Counted from the first letter of the stretch, positions 12,053 to 24,689 are shown. The stretch: DNA of 64,000 nt from Tortispora ganteri (GCA_003707115.1 PPNB01000004.1:434001-498000), one strand, 5' to 3'. The notes: a model not told the origin generated them from the letters alone. Numbers and translations: made by a program.

Positions 12053-14905
12053 TTTATATGTACATCTTACTTATTTATGCCGAATCAGCGTTATAGATCG
12101 ATTGAGATCTTTTTCTATACGTATGTTGTAGTTTATTCGTATATCAATACTAGTGTTTCGCGCCTTAATAGCTTGTACTGCGAAGAATTCACTAGTTCTA
12201 GCGAAAACTGTTCATTTAGCAGTATTTCTTGTGCATGTCTTCTACGATTTTATTGCTTACGATAACAAGCGTAACTAATTTTTTTATTAACAATTATGCT
12301 GCCTTTTTACTGCATTATAGAGTGTTTTGAACCGCTTTTGCGTCGAGTGGTAATCTAACAGCTGTCCTTTTCGTCTTTAGCTTCGAAAATTTTAGTGTTT
12401 AATTGCGCGAGAAAAAATAAGGCTATTTTTAGCATGCACGAATTCGACTTTGGCCACCGTTGTATCGTACGTACTCCTGCTGCTTTACTAGCATATTATC
12501 AAATGCTCAAATACATAAATTCTGATTCCATTCAGAAGCACAAAAAACAGAATGACATAAGCTGTTTGTAAATGAAACGTGGCTTGATTCCTATTTAGTT
12601 AAATGAACTCCGTAAAGAGAAGTGAACCCTTAACCACTTCGATCTAGATCTCACAATAGATCTGTGTAAAATATAATACGGAACAACTAATGATATTGAG
12701 TACGTAATCAAAATAATAATAGCGATTAAGAAATACAGCAGATATAGCGAATGGATACCCATTCCTACAATGACACACTAAAGATCATCATCTAAGTCGG
12801 CGACGGAGTTTTTCTTCTGCTACCAATTGGTGTACTATATAATTGACACCTCTTGGTCTGTCGATGCTGTAATACTGTATTTAATCTGTAAAACAGATAT
12901 GTAAAACTTAGAGAGAAATAAAAGAACTGTGTCAAGTATAGTGAAGCCAACCATACATTATTAATCACTTCATTGTGAAGAAGAAAATAATACAGATATG
13001 GATAAAATATTGGTTACGTTTTATTAGTTAAGTTTGTCACAGTATGCTGAGTGCTAGGATGGAACTCTTTTGAGATGCGAGCATTGCTTTACAGCGAAAG
13101 CGATCAAAATGTCACATCAACATGTAAATTTACAAACTACGCAGGCTCATGTGTACATCTAAATATTGGAAAGCATGCGCAAACTAATGTCTGATTATCA
13201 GTATGCTAGCGTAGCACCTATTATTTTTCACCAGTCGGAGAAAATTGGCCGAACCATCATCTCAGTGGCCGATATTAAGTTTGTACGACCACTTGAGGAC
13301 GAGTCTGCTGATATTGTTTATTTTCGAAAGCTAGCCACTAGCAGTTATTGTACATATGGAATTAGTGTTGATTAAGATGGCCAGCCACATTAAACGGCTG
13401 AACGCTAGAATAATTTTTTATATGATAACAGTTGAGATACTTCAAATGTAAAAGTACAACTACTTAGAATGATCTCGTTTTGTTGAAATTCATTGCATTA
13501 TTCAGCAATCAATAGTATTGGGTTTACTATTTTCATTCCACGATCAAGTTGTGTGTACCTAATTTGAAGCTATATAGATCGGTTCTTTGATCTACAGTAT
13601 GGCAGTAGGAAAAAAAAAGCAGTTTGTCAGTTCCCGCAAGGTAAGGAGATAATGCAAGATTTAAAACAAGTACTTTATTCTGAACAGTATTGTTCTTTGT
13701 TAAAGTATGACAATGTATATCGCGCGTTATTAGGCGCGTTTGAAAGCAAAAGCAGTTGAACCTCTCTCGTTGCAACGTGGTGAATTTGTGCCAAAAAAAA
13801 GTTGAGTTGTAACCTTATTGAAGTCCAACGTCTTGGTAACCTTACCAAATAACATCAATTAGTAGTAGTCTTAGAAAGACAGACAGTAGCGTTCATAAAA
13901 TATCGAATAAACTTAAACATCATTTTCTGCGGATATAGAGACATAAGTTACGCTACTGTTACAACTTGCTTCCACTCAGCGACAAAACTAGAGGCCGTTT
14001 GCGCAATTGCGGATATAAGATACTGACGGATAATTCTGAGAGCTTTTATTAACTCTCATAGTCCTCAAAATATTCTCAGACTAAACAAAAAGTTTATTAC
14101 ATTCAGATACATTATATATAACTACTAACCACTGACTTACAAAAGAAAAATCAGGGGAAAGGAAGAATCAATACCCTTTATGGGCTCGATAGGGTGCATG
14201 ATGTTTCATGATATATACAGCTTGGCATAATCGGTTAAAGTAGGTAACAAAAGAATATAACTACTAAATACTTCTCTTCAGACATTCGTAGTGATCGCAG
14301 AGTTTATGTTGGAATTCTTTGCGAACGGCCAACCGCCTGAAATATGAAGCAAATGATCCAATCATGCCTGTTGAAAATAAAAGGTGACATGTGCAACAAA
14401 GTTCGTGCCTTAAACTAGTTCGCAATTGAACCTTAATATTGTAAATATCTATTGAAATTCAACGAATTTGCTTCAAAAACAATAATTTTCTGTACTATTT
14501 TTTTCGCTATTACTACCGATATAACACTGTATACGATAGAAAAATTGGACATATATTCAAAATGATTTCCTGCTATTCCACTGTATAACCAAAGAATTTT
14601 CCTAAAGGCACTGCGCAATAAGGTTTGCTTAAAAATATAGTGTGACATCCAAACTGAGAGAATGGCTTAGCATATTTCAACTTTATATCTAATAAGGTAA
14701 AAACAGCTTCGCCATTCTTTGCGAATATAGTAATAAATACTTAGCCGGCTTGATTATAAATGATCTATAAATAGGGGCGATAATTCCGTTTCTTCTTCTT
14801 CTTTTCTTCACTTTACACACTTAATTGGAATTTTTAATTCATTGTACCAAACAAATTACAGCCAATCGCTTTCGTGTCTGCCTCTCACTTGTCTACTAAA
14901 TAAGA

Positions 14906-15562
14906 ATGAAATTCTCTACCATCGCTTCCGCTGCTCTTGCTTCTGCAACCACCTACCCCGTTGAACTGACTATTAAGTCTGACAATCTTTTGAACGGCTT
15001 GTCTTTCACTAGCTTGCATGAAGGTGCCGCTGTCAATTACTTGTTCGTCTCTAATTCGTCTACTGGCTTTCCTGCAACCTATGACGATTCTTCCAAAATT
15101 GTCAGCGTCCCCTTCATTGAAGAATCCGACTTCTACTTGCAATTTGATAGCACCTTCCTTGGATTTAAAACTAATATTCCTTATTTTGATCCTATCACTA
15201 TCACCGATGAGATCCTGGCCATTAATGGTGTTTCTACATTCTACGCATGTCAAGGAACTGGTGATGTCACTGACCCCTACCGCTATATTGAAGAGAGATA
15301 CGCTATTGTAAATGTGGAATTGGGTAGTGGCTACACTTGCTATCCTATTGAGATCAAGGCAGTTGCTGGCGCTCCCTCTTCCACTACCTCTTCAGCTGGC
15401 CCCACTCCTACCGGAAACGGAACCACTACCACTACTGGTCCTGCCAGCACTGTTACTCCTACTGAGTCTCCTGCTCCTACCTATATCAATGGAGGAGCTG
15501 TCTCTGGTATTAACTTCGGATTGACTGCCATCGTTGCTGCTGCTGTTGCTCTCTTGCTTTAA
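14906..15562 (+). CDS. GPI-anchored cell-wall protein, Pga30/Pga31/Rhd3-like
   Basis: Signal peptide, SLHEGAAVNYLF motif, FYAC...DPYRY...C segment, Ser/Thr/Pro stalk and NGG + hydrophobic GPI tail. Confidence 0.85.
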   Translation: MKFSTIASAALASATTYPVELTIKSDNLLNGLSFTSLHEGAAVNYLFVSNSSTGFPATYDDSSKIVSVPFIEESDFYLQFDSTFLGFKTNIPYFDPITITDEILAINGVSTFYACQGTGDVTDPYRYIEERYAIVNVELGSGYTCYPIEIKAVAGAPSSTTSSAGPTPTGNGTTTTTGPASTVTPTESPAPTYINGGAVSGINFGLTAIVAAAVALLL

Positions 15563-16070
15563 AGAAACTGCGATCGTGGCATCTTGTTTACAATATTTTA
15601 GCATGAAACTAGTATAAGCATTTACTAATACAACTTTTGTTAGTGTCTAAATAGCGGAATTTTAAATACGTATTTTGTTTCGAAGTTCGAATCGATCGAT
15701 GCTGTCTAGTGTGGTTACTCCAAACTGTGTTCTAGCACCTTGAAGTGAAACATTTTAAAATCTGTCGTTTCTTTTTTTTCTTTCGCTATCCTAGTTTTTT
15801 TCAGGCATTCGATACATAATTATCTGTAATTGAAAAGCCAAGCATTCGTTTTTGTATTTGCTGCTTATACACATTTATTGATTAGCACTATTTATTTGAT
15901 CTACTAGCATATAATAGAATATTTGTACTTCGTTTATTAATAATTCATATTACATTTGTAAAGGCAACGAAGTCTCTATCGGTCATTCATACTCTAATAG
16001 CAGTTGCATCTCAAATAAGTAGAAAAGAATATCTTTCAAAGGATCAAGTAAATGAGCAGAGTATGCATAC

Positions 16071-17498
16071 TCATTGCTGAGCGGGGGTGGCTTGATCTTT
16101 CAATTTCTTTAGCTCAGTAACGAATGACTCGCCCCAATATGCAGAAGTGTACTTGCAGATATATTTAAACAGCTTCTGATGGTTGGCGGCACGTAAATCA
16201 GACGGCATATTGAGAGCATCATATATAGCATTTGCCATATCCTCAGTGTTCCATGGGTTTACCACGATTGAACCATTTAGGGATTGAGCCGCTCCGGTGA
16301 ATTCGGATAAAATCAAGGGACCACGGTTAGCCTGTTGGCATGCAATATATTCATAGGAAACAAGATTCATTCCATCACGAGTGCTGGTCACAAAACATAC
16401 ATCTGAAACAGCATATAGCGCGACCAGCTCATCAAATGGAATAGATTTGTGTAGAAAATGTATAGGCGTGAACTCGACGGTACCAAAACGGCCATTGATT
16501 CGTCCAACCAGTTCATTGACGACGGCTCGCAGGTTTTGGTATTCTTCGACATCTTGTCTAGAGGGAACTGCAACTTGCACTAGCACAACTTTGCCAATCC
16601 ACTCAGGGTGCTCACTCAAAAAAATTTCAAGTGCATGTAGTTTTTGCGGTACGCCTTTGATGTAATCAAGGCGATCTACACCGCAGATGATGCGCACATC
16701 TTTAAATTTAGCCTTCAGCGCGCTAATGCGGTCTTTTATCTTTGGGTTTTCCATTCCGTCCAAGAATTTCTGCGTATCTATTCCAATGGGGAAAGCTGCG
16801 ACAGCGACCATGCGACCTTTGTAGTGAACGCCCGAGGGGATCGTCTTTAAACCAAGGATCCTGGAGCAGGAGGAAAGAAAATGCCGCGCATAGTCATAAG
16901 TGTGGAACCCGATGAGGTCACACTCCAAGAGACCCTCAAGTACTTCTTTACGAACAGGGAGAATACGATAAATCTCTGACGAAGGGAAGGGAGTATGGAG
17001 GAAAAATCCAATGAGAGGTTTGAATTGAGGGATTTGCTGACGGATCATTTGAGGCATGAGCATGAGATGGTAATCATGGACCCAAATCATATCACCCTCT
17101 CTATATTGAGAAACAACGATGTCCGTGAACCGTTGATTGGCCTCTTTATAGGCCTGCCATGCCCATTCGTCGAAGTTCATCTCTCCTGGGTGATAATGGA
17201 ATAGAGGCCACAATATGGAGTTAGAAAAGCCATTATAGTGGAAAAAAGCAAGCTGATCTGACAGATAAACAGGATAGCAATGAAAGGTTTCTTGTAAATG
17301 CTTTTCAACTTTTGGGCGTTCTTCTGGGGGGACTTCAAGGCCGGGCCATCCAAACCATTTCATTGTCTTGCTTTTAGCAAGACCGGATAGTGCCTGAACA
17401 AGCCCTCCAGAGGACATGGTATATTCATAATCGCCATCTGCAGATCGCTTAATCGTAACAGGTAACCTGTTAGAGACTACGAGCACTTGCTGTGACAT
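16071..17498 (-). CDS. TPS1: Trehalose-6-phosphate synthase catalytic subunit
   Basis: VVSNRLP, SSGGLV, YNGFSNSILWPLFHY, WVHDYHL, GVDRLDYIKG and RDGMNLVSYEY. ATG at 17498 (track start is GTG). Confidence 0.97.
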   Translation of the reverse strand: MSQQVLVVSNRLPVTIKRSADGDYEYTMSSGGLVQALSGLAKSKTMKWFGWPGLEVPPEERPKVEKHLQETFHCYPVYLSDQLAFFHYNGFSNSILWPLFHYHPGEMNFDEWAWQAYKEANQRFTDIVVSQYREGDMIWVHDYHLMLMPQMIRQQIPQFKPLIGFFLHTPFPSSEIYRILPVRKEVLEGLLECDLIGFHTYDYARHFLSSCSRILGLKTIPSGVHYKGRMVAVAAFPIGIDTQKFLDGMENPKIKDRISALKAKFKDVRIICGVDRLDYIKGVPQKLHALEIFLSEHPEWIGKVVLVQVAVPSRQDVEEYQNLRAVVNELVGRINGRFGTVEFTPIHFLHKSIPFDELVALYAVSDVCFVTSTRDGMNLVSYEYIACQQANRGPLILSEFTGAAQSLNGSIVVNPWNTEDMANAIYDALNMPSDLRAANHQKLFKYICKYTSAYWGESFVTELKKLKDQATPAQQ

Positions 17499-17730
17499 TT
17501 TCACTAAGTATTCTAGGTAATTTGATCGGGTACAGGTAGGAGCTAGGTGTATGATGCGCGCAGATGGCACTAGTTGAACAGAATGATGTCGAAACCGCTA
17601 TAACTGAACCTTATTAGCCGCATCAATATGGGGAGGGATGAAGTCAGAGATACAGGAATATTTGACGTAGGTTGCTTCAATTTTTTATGTACTATAGCTA
17701 TGTAATGGTAAAATAAAAACTATTAGTTGG

Positions 17731-18276
17731 CTAAATGTTCTTTGCAACTTCTTCAGCACGTGAAACATCTAGTCCTGTGCTGTCAGGTTCCAGGAATATC
17801 TTTTTGACCTTACCGTCTTCTACCAGCATGGCGTAGCGTTTACTTCTTGCATTTCCGAAAAATTTTGAAGCATCAAACTCCATATCAATGGCACGGGTAA
17901 ATTCTCCTGCGGGGTCGGCGAGAATTTCAATGCCGCCCTCTGCTCCGAGATTCTTAGCCCAGGCGGAAGTAACAAATGCATCATTAACCGCCACCACGTG
18001 AATTCCTTCTACCCCCTTGTCATGAAATGTTTTCCATGTCACTAAATACCCAGGAATATGTGAAGCAGAACATGCAGGTGAAAACGCCCCAGGTACGCCC
18101 ACAATTAAATGCTTGCCTGCCTTAACTCTCTCGGCTATGTCAACGGTGTCGCCAGGTCCTTGTTTGCTCAATTGCGCAGAAGGAATTGTATCGCCGACTG
18201 CAATTCGTCTTGCTGAAAATGCACTAAACTGTCTAGTCCCAAGACGCAAAGATCGCATAGCGTAATGTCCTCTCAT
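17731..18276 (-). CDS. Prx5/Ahp1/Pmp20-type peroxiredoxin with probable mitochondrial presequence
   Basis: GVPGAFSPACSASHIPGY, VNDAFVTSAW and RSKRYAMLVEDG; Arg-rich, acid-free N-terminus. Confidence 0.92.
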   Translation of the reverse strand: MRGHYAMRSLRLGTRQFSAFSARRIAVGDTIPSAQLSKQGPGDTVDIAERVKAGKHLIVGVPGAFSPACSASHIPGYLVTWKTFHDKGVEGIHVVAVNDAFVTSAWAKNLGAEGGIEILADPAGEFTRAIDMEFDASKFFGNARSKRYAMLVEDGKVKKIFLEPDSTGLDVSRAEEVAKNI

Positions 18277-18748
18277 TTCTACAATATGTCGAAAATCTAG
18301 CTTCTTTCATCTCTCAATGAACTCCTTATATAGGAAGCATTCCTCCCACCTCTCATATGCCCACCCCGCGGTCCCCGCCTGTACCTATCTTCATATACGT
18401 AGTAACATCACTCCTTCCAGCATTGCATTGCTATATACTGCCCTGTAGTTCATATTTACAATATATTGCAGCCAAATAGCGTATGCTCTCGATATTTCGC
18501 AACACTATAAAGCGATACTAGCTGTGCGTAATACCTAAACCCTAATCTTTACGACACTGCCCCGACTCCCTAGACCCCATTCTCGGCCTTCGACCCGACT
18601 CAGCCTTTCTAAACAGTGCGCTTAGGATATCGCCATAGTCCTACTATCCAACGAGTGTGCTTACTATTCTAACTACCTCTAATTCCTGACTGTCGGCAGT
18701 TTCTATTTGTTTTCCTGCGCAACTATTTGCTAATTGCCCTTTCTCGCT

Positions 18749-18778
18749 ATGTATAATAACCAGCAGAACCCGCAACTA

Positions 18779-18821
<43 letters not shown>

Positions 18822-21800
18822 TTCAGCAACAGCAGCAATTGCCACTGCAGCCTCAATATACAATGGCCCCTGCCAGACCTCTTCAGCCAAATGTAACCGG
18901 ATTTCCTACTGCTGCTGGCCCACTTCCTAGTGGAGTTTCTAATCTGCCGCAATATCCGCAACAGACTGGTGTCTACCAAGAATCTGGTGGTTCTTTTGCG
19001 CAACCGCGCTCAACGAGTATTGCGCCAATACGAACTGGCTTTCAGGCTGACCCTCAACAATCTCGAAGTTCGGTTTCGAACTTCTTAAGTCAGCCTCCAG
19101 CGTTTGACCCGAAAAAAGCTTTTCCATCCCAGCGGCTCGAGTTCCTCACTGCGGAAGATCAAAAGAAGTTCGAAGAACTCTTTGCTTCTGTAGTCAAATC
19201 GGGTGTCACTATATCAGGCGACGAGGCCAGAGATATACTTGTTCGTTCTAACCTCTCGCCGTCAACTCTCAAAGATATATGGGTGCTTTCTGATACCACA
19301 AAATCTGGCAAGCTATTTTTCCCAGAGTTCTGCTTAGCTATGTATCTGTGTAATCTATCATTAGCAGGAAAACCACTCCCTTCGAAACTTCCTGATCGTG
19401 TCCAAAACCAAGTTTCTTCTTTGGTAGATCAGATATCATTTTCCGTGGAAGACACCAACCCTGCTCCTACTTCAACCAACGTACCGGAGTTTAGAAAATC
19501 TGTCGCCTCAGACCTAGCTAGTCTTCCCCCTGACATGTTCTCGCCGATAACTTCATTGGCATCTCAACCTACTGGTATGCCGGCTTTTCAATCGCAGCCT
19601 ACAGGATACCCTCCCACCGGTGCGCAAGGCGCAGGAATAGCCTCTCTGCTGAATCAGAAGACAGGTATCCAGGCGTTGCAAACAGGATACTCTTCTCCCT
19701 CAATGACTGCACAATCTCAGCCTGCTGGAGTTCAAATTCAGCCTACTGGAATCCGGACTCAACCGACGGGGATGCAAACCCAGCCTACTGGCTTTCTTCG
19801 GTCAGATCCGACAGGCTCACCGGGACAATGGGGCTATTCAAATACTCCTGTTGCGGATCTCTCAGCCGTGCAAGCACTTGGCGCCCAACTAATGCCTAAC
19901 ATTGGAGCTCCAGGTAATGCCTCTAACCTGCAGGGTAATGCACAAATTCCTTGGGCTGTGGCAAAGCAGGAAAAGAAAATATATGACGGAATTTTTGAAG
20001 CATGGGATGGACTAAACAAAGGCTATATTTCTGGTAATACAGCTATTGAAATTTTAGGACAGAGTGGACTTGCTAGACAGCAACTTGAGAAAATATGGGC
20101 TTTGTCTGATCCGCACAACCGTGGAAGATTAAACAAAGATGAATTTGCTGTTGCAATGCATCTAATTTATCGCACACTTAACGGTTATGAAATACCTAAT
20201 AAACTACCACCTGAATTGGTTCCTCCGTCGTCAAGAAACTTTTCAGAATCTGTTGAAAACATTAAAGCATACCTGAAACCTGATGCGACTAAACCTCTTC
20301 GATCACAAGCAACTGGCGGCGTTTCTTACTTGAAAAATCGCTCGTTTAGAACTGTGGAATCTCCCCAGAGCTTTCGTAAAGATGCTACGGTCTACAAGAA
20401 TGATGACGGTGCTCCTACTTATACGTCGAAGAATCGCAGAAACTTAACTGGGCGTTCAGAAACTGAATCACTAGGTCCGAACAGACCTACGTCCCTGGAA
20501 GAACTTCGAAAATTGGTGCGCGAAAAAAATATCATATTGGATGCCATTGATGCAGAAGATGAGCAAGAAGTAAATCAGGACGATCTGCAAGAGCGACGCG
20601 ATCAAGAAGATATTAAAATGCTGAAGCGGAAGATCGAACGCTTACAAGATGAAATCAATCTGAATCCCAAATCAGCTGTGCTCCATCTAGATGACGGATC
20701 CGAGAAGCGAGCTTTAAAGCGTCAACTTAATTATTTAATTGACAGATCCACGCAATTAAGCTCTGATATCCGAAATATTGAGAGTGAAATATATCACGCA
20801 CAGGAAGAGTTATTCCGTATTCGAGATAGCAAAGAACACCCCGAAGACTCTATAATTGGAACAGGTCCTAACGGCGAAATTACGGATTCCGACCGTCGTA
20901 AGGCCAAAAGTAAAGCGCTGCTAAGGTCGCGAATGGCGTCCTTGACAGGAAAATCATCAGAAATCGATGAAACTTTTGAGCAGCGTATGTCTAATGAAAT
21001 GTGGAAAGCTAAGGAGCAACGCTCAAAGAATATGGAAATTATCAAAGATATCGAAGAGACGATTGCTTCTATCCAGTCATCTCATGACTTAACTCTTCGC
21101 GAAAGCAACACGGAAATTCGTGATGATAGAGAGCGAAGAAGATGGGAAGAAGGTCTTGGAGTTGAAGAGGATGTCAGACAATTCATTTATGACCTTCAGA
21201 AATCCAGCCAAAAGGTAAACCGAGATTTTAAGGCAACAGAGAGAGATAACAGCCGAGGAAACTCACACAGAGGATTGTCTCCGCGCACAGTAAAAAGTTC
21301 ACCTAGTTTGCCCTCCAGCATGGAATCTTCTAATGATTACTCCTCAAAATATCTTGAGGTACCTTCTGATAAAGCCAAAATCGAGACAGCGGAAGAAAGG
21401 TCGGCTCGCATAAAAGCTGAGGCTGAAAGGAAAATGCAAGAACGCCTATCTTCGCTTGGATTATCGCTTCCAAAAATGCGGAAACCCACTACCTCATCTA
21501 CCGCAGCACCATCTGCTGGTAAAGTTGAAGAACAGTCAAGTATAGGTTGGAATGAAGGCTTTGTAGAGGAGTCAGCGACTTCTCCATACGACTCAAAAAC
21601 GGTGACTTCTTCTGATGTCTCCGCTGCTGCTGCTGCCGACGACGACGACGACGACGACGACGAAGAAGAAGAAGAAGAAGACGAAGACGAAGAAAAAGAG
21701 TTGCTCCGTCTGAAACAGGAACAAGAAGAGAGGAATAGGAGATTGAAGGAGAAGATGGAAGCTGATAGAAGAAAGAAAGAAGAAGAGCGCAAGAGAAAGA

Positions 21801-22747
21801 AAGCAGAAAAGGCCAGAAGAATTGCTGAAATCAAAGCGGAAGTTGAAAAAGAAAAGCAAGAAGAAGAAAGGTTACGCCAACTAAGCATTGAACCAAAATC
21901 TGATTCGGAGACAGAAGTAGACGCTGCACCTGTTTCGACCAAGAGTATCGTTGAAAAAGCGGAAAATTTAACACTATCAGACAAGGTTGAGAGTGAAGAA
22001 GATGATAATGACGAATTTTTTGATACTAATGAACAATCAGATTCTGTTAAAGCGGTTAATTCTGCCTCCGCGTCCAATTCTGCCCCATACCCAGGGTCTA
22101 ATAACCCTTTCTTCAAAGAAGCTGGAAAAACAGGTTCTCATAATCCATTCTACCAGAATAATGATAGCGGAAACCATAGCCCAGGTATAGCGAATGAGGA
22201 AGCATCTATTCAACGAGATAAACAGCGCGGTTTAAATGATGAAGACGATTGGGGAGAACACGCACCAGAAATGGACAGTTCTGACTCCGAAGAGGATAAT
22301 TTTGAAGGTCGCAGAAACACACAAGCTTTCGCTTCCATGTTACTGAGTACGATGACGGGAGGTAGAATTGGTTCCGTATCCAATACGCCGCCTTTAGAGA
22401 AATCTAACGTACTAGTCTCATCTGAAGCACCGCCGATTCCCGAAGCACCGCCTATACCTGGAGCACCGCCTATACCTGAAGCACCGCCGATACCTGAAGC
22501 ACCGCCTATACCTGGAGCACCGCCTATACCTGGAGCACCGCCAATACCTGGAGGTAATGCTCCTTCCTTACCATTTGGTGCGCCAGCGCCGCCTGTCCTT
22601 CCAGCGCCCGCAGCATCTAGCAGTACTGCTGATATGCCACCCGTTGAAGATAGATCTGCTTTGCTGTCGCAGATCAAAATGGGCAAATCACTTCGTAAAG
22701 CTGAGACGAATGATCGTAGCCAAGCTAAAGCGGGGCATGTTATGTGA
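18749..22747 (+). CDS. PAN1: Actin cytoskeleton-regulatory/endocytic scaffold Pan1
   Basis: Two EH domains, many QxTG (Ark1/Prk1-type) repeats, coiled coil, NPF motifs, Pro-rich tract and C-terminal WH2 (DRSALLSQIKMGKSLRK). Confidence 0.93.
18782..18820 (+). repeat. Pure (CAG)13 microsatellite (polyQ in Pan1)
   Basis: Read directly from the sequence. Confidence 0.95.
21623..21679 (+). repeat. Compound trinucleotide microsatellite (GCT)4-GCC-(GAC)8-(GAA)6 in PAN1
   Basis: Read directly from the sequence; encodes A5-D8-E6. Confidence 0.9.
22424..22549 (+). repeat. 18-bp coding minisatellite, 7 copies, encoding (E/G)APPIP
   Basis: Unit G(A/G)AGCACCGCCNAT(A/T)CC(T/C) repeated seven times. Confidence 0.95.
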
Positions 22748-22899
22748 AGAGATCGAATTAAGTATTGTGCTTTGCTCTTTCGCTTGTTACATTGAGATAT
22801 TGCTACAGTTTTCTCGTACATTTCAAATGTAAGGAACGTCACGCTCGATTTTGCAATATTTTCTATTCTTCCGTAATTACTGTTTTTCCATTAACTATT

Positions 22900-23324
22900 T
22901 TACATATCTTCATCGAAGTCATCAGCGAGTTTTTTAAGCTCAGCCTCTCGGACAAACTGTACGCGAAGTTGTTCTAATTGTCGAATAACTGTTAAGCATG
23001 CATTCTTTAATGCATCCCTAGGATCGTAACCATCTTCAGTTTGTATTCTGAGTTCGACCTGCGCAAATAAAGGATGAGCTACCTTGTAACCAGCAAATAT
23101 AACTCTTGGGTCTAAGACTAATTGTGTTGTCAGCAGATTGCCGAGCGTATGTTCCTCTTTTTCTATTAGAACAGTGATAGCATTAGGTATCCTGTTGTCG
23201 GGGGATATTTTCAATCTATAAGAAGTTAGAAAATTACATCTCATAGAGATTAGGTGGAGTTTGTTACTTACTTTGGAACTCCGTCCGGGAGCAGAAATAG
23301 CTCGTATCTATCCGGAGCATTCAT
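22900..23324 (-). CDS. RPB11: RNA polymerase II subunit Rpb11, 2 exons (23324-23272 and 23215-22900; 122 aa)
   Basis: Exon 1 MNAPDRYELFLLPDGVP joins LKISPD...KEEHTLGNLL...FAGYKVAHPL across a 56-nt intron, restoring the frame. Confidence 0.96.
23216..23271 (-). other. Spliceosomal intron of RPB11 (56 nt)
   Basis: Donor GTAAGT, branch TTCTAAC, acceptor TAG; removal gives the conserved Rpb11 N-terminus. Confidence 0.93.
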
Positions 23325-23666
23325 GGTCTCGGTGTTGAGTGATGGTTTTTTTTGGTGTAAGTTATACACTACAAAAATTCTATTGTTCCCCTAAACGTTT
23401 CCATGACAATTTGAGGTCACTGGAATGGTTTTGTACAGTTCGCAATGTGCTAATACTTAATTGATATCTTGTATATTCGCTGTATCAGCTATTATAAAAA
23501 TTTGCTTTTTAAATAATTAAGAGATGATGTAGTATTCCTTTTTAGTGAATGTAGTGACATACATTATGTGGCAGTTATACATCTTGCAACGGATTAAAAT
23601 TAAGCTTTTACACACCAACCCCAGATTCTGCATCCGTCACCTTTGCCGGATAGTAATTATTCCGTA

Positions 23667-24689
23667 ATGTCTGAAATTGCGTTGCTGAAAAGTTGGTTTC
23701 CTCATATAATATCACCCTTGATAGTATGTGCACCTATGAGGTTAGCTGCAGGTGCTGAATTAGCTGCTGCTGTGCACAAAGAAGGCGGAATGGGGTTCCT
23801 CGGCCTCGGTTATGACATGAATAATATGGGCCATGAAATGTCCAGATTTAGAACACTGATATCCGCTAAAGAATCAGATATAGCAGGTTGCGCTGGATTT
23901 ATTTGCTGGGGTTCGGAATTGTCCAAGGTAGTTGAAGCGCTCAAAAACTATAAAATCGCAGCTGTCTGGCTCTTCGCTCCTGAAAAGTTTGAAGCTGATC
24001 TGCAGCATTGGATACAGGCAATTAGACAGGAGATTGAATATATCAAGATATTTGTGCAAGTTGGAAATGTAAATCATGCTGTTATTGCTGTTGAACTTGG
24101 TGCCGATGTGATTGTCGTTCAGGGCTCCGATGCTGGTGGACATGGCTATGTCTCTTCTGCAAGTATCGTATCTCTGGTACCGGAAGTGAAAGAGGCTATC
24201 CATTCGGTATCTCAAAAAGTTGTGCCAGTTATTGCTGCTGGTGGTATAGTTGATGGTACGGGCGTGGCAGCTGCTCTAGCTCTAGGAGCATCAGGAGCAG
24301 TCATGGGAACCAGATATGCGCTCACTGAGGAATCCGCGATGCCTCAAGGCTATAAAGACAGTGTTTTAGCAGCTTCGGACGGCGGAAGGTCAACTATTCG
24401 TAATAAATTTTATGATTTTTGCCGTGACACCACTGGGTGGCCTGAATACATTAATGGCAGATCTGTTATCAACGATACTTATCTTGACCATGTCAAAGGT
24501 GCCAAAGACCAGGACGTCAAAAATAAATATAAAGAAGCCGAAAAAATTGACAACTTCAACCGACTAGTTGTATTTGCAGGTACCGGTGTCGGTCTTATTA
24601 GATCAACACTTCCTGCGTCAGAGCTTACCAGAAAAGTTCGCGATGATGCCAAATCCATCATTCGCCAAGCAGCCATTAATATCACCTAA
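23667..24689 (+). CDS. Nitronate monooxygenase / 2-nitropropane dioxygenase family flavoprotein
   Basis: PLIVCAPM, VVQGSDAGGHG and VIAAGGIVDGTGVAAALALGASGAVMGTRY. ATG at 23667. Confidence 0.9.
   Translation: MSEIALLKSWFPHIISPLIVCAPMRLAAGAELAAAVHKEGGMGFLGLGYDMNNMGHEMSRFRTLISAKESDIAGCAGFICWGSELSKVVEALKNYKIAAVWLFAPEKFEADLQHWIQAIRQEIEYIKIFVQVGNVNHAVIAVELGADVIVVQGSDAGGHGYVSSASIVSLVPEVKEAIHSVSQKVVPVIAAGGIVDGTGVAAALALGASGAVMGTRYALTEESAMPQGYKDSVLAASDGGRSTIRNKFYDFCRDTTGWPEYINGRSVINDTYLDHVKGAKDQDVKNKYKEAEKIDNFNRLVVFAGTGVGLIRSTLPASELTRKVRDDAKSIIRQAAINIT

Noticed and set aside
10577..14648. Short ORFs (62-86 aa) in the two long intergenic regions
   Set aside because: Mostly non-ATG starts, with no recognisable domains, codon bias or transposon motifs.
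15685..15693. GTTCGAATC B-box / tRNA T-loop-like motif
   Set aside because: No T-stem pairing, A box or cloverleaf.
18580..18591. TTCTCGGCCTT resembling the U2 snRNA 5' end (also U2-like words near 2161-2178)
   Set aside because: Not followed by the GGCTAAGATCAAGTGTAGTA core; the fragments near 2161 are in the wrong order.
21337..22842. Long antisense ORFs (259 aa, 210 aa) over PAN1, and similar shadows over other genes
   Set aside because: Explained by low-complexity repeats and codon bias of the sense gene.
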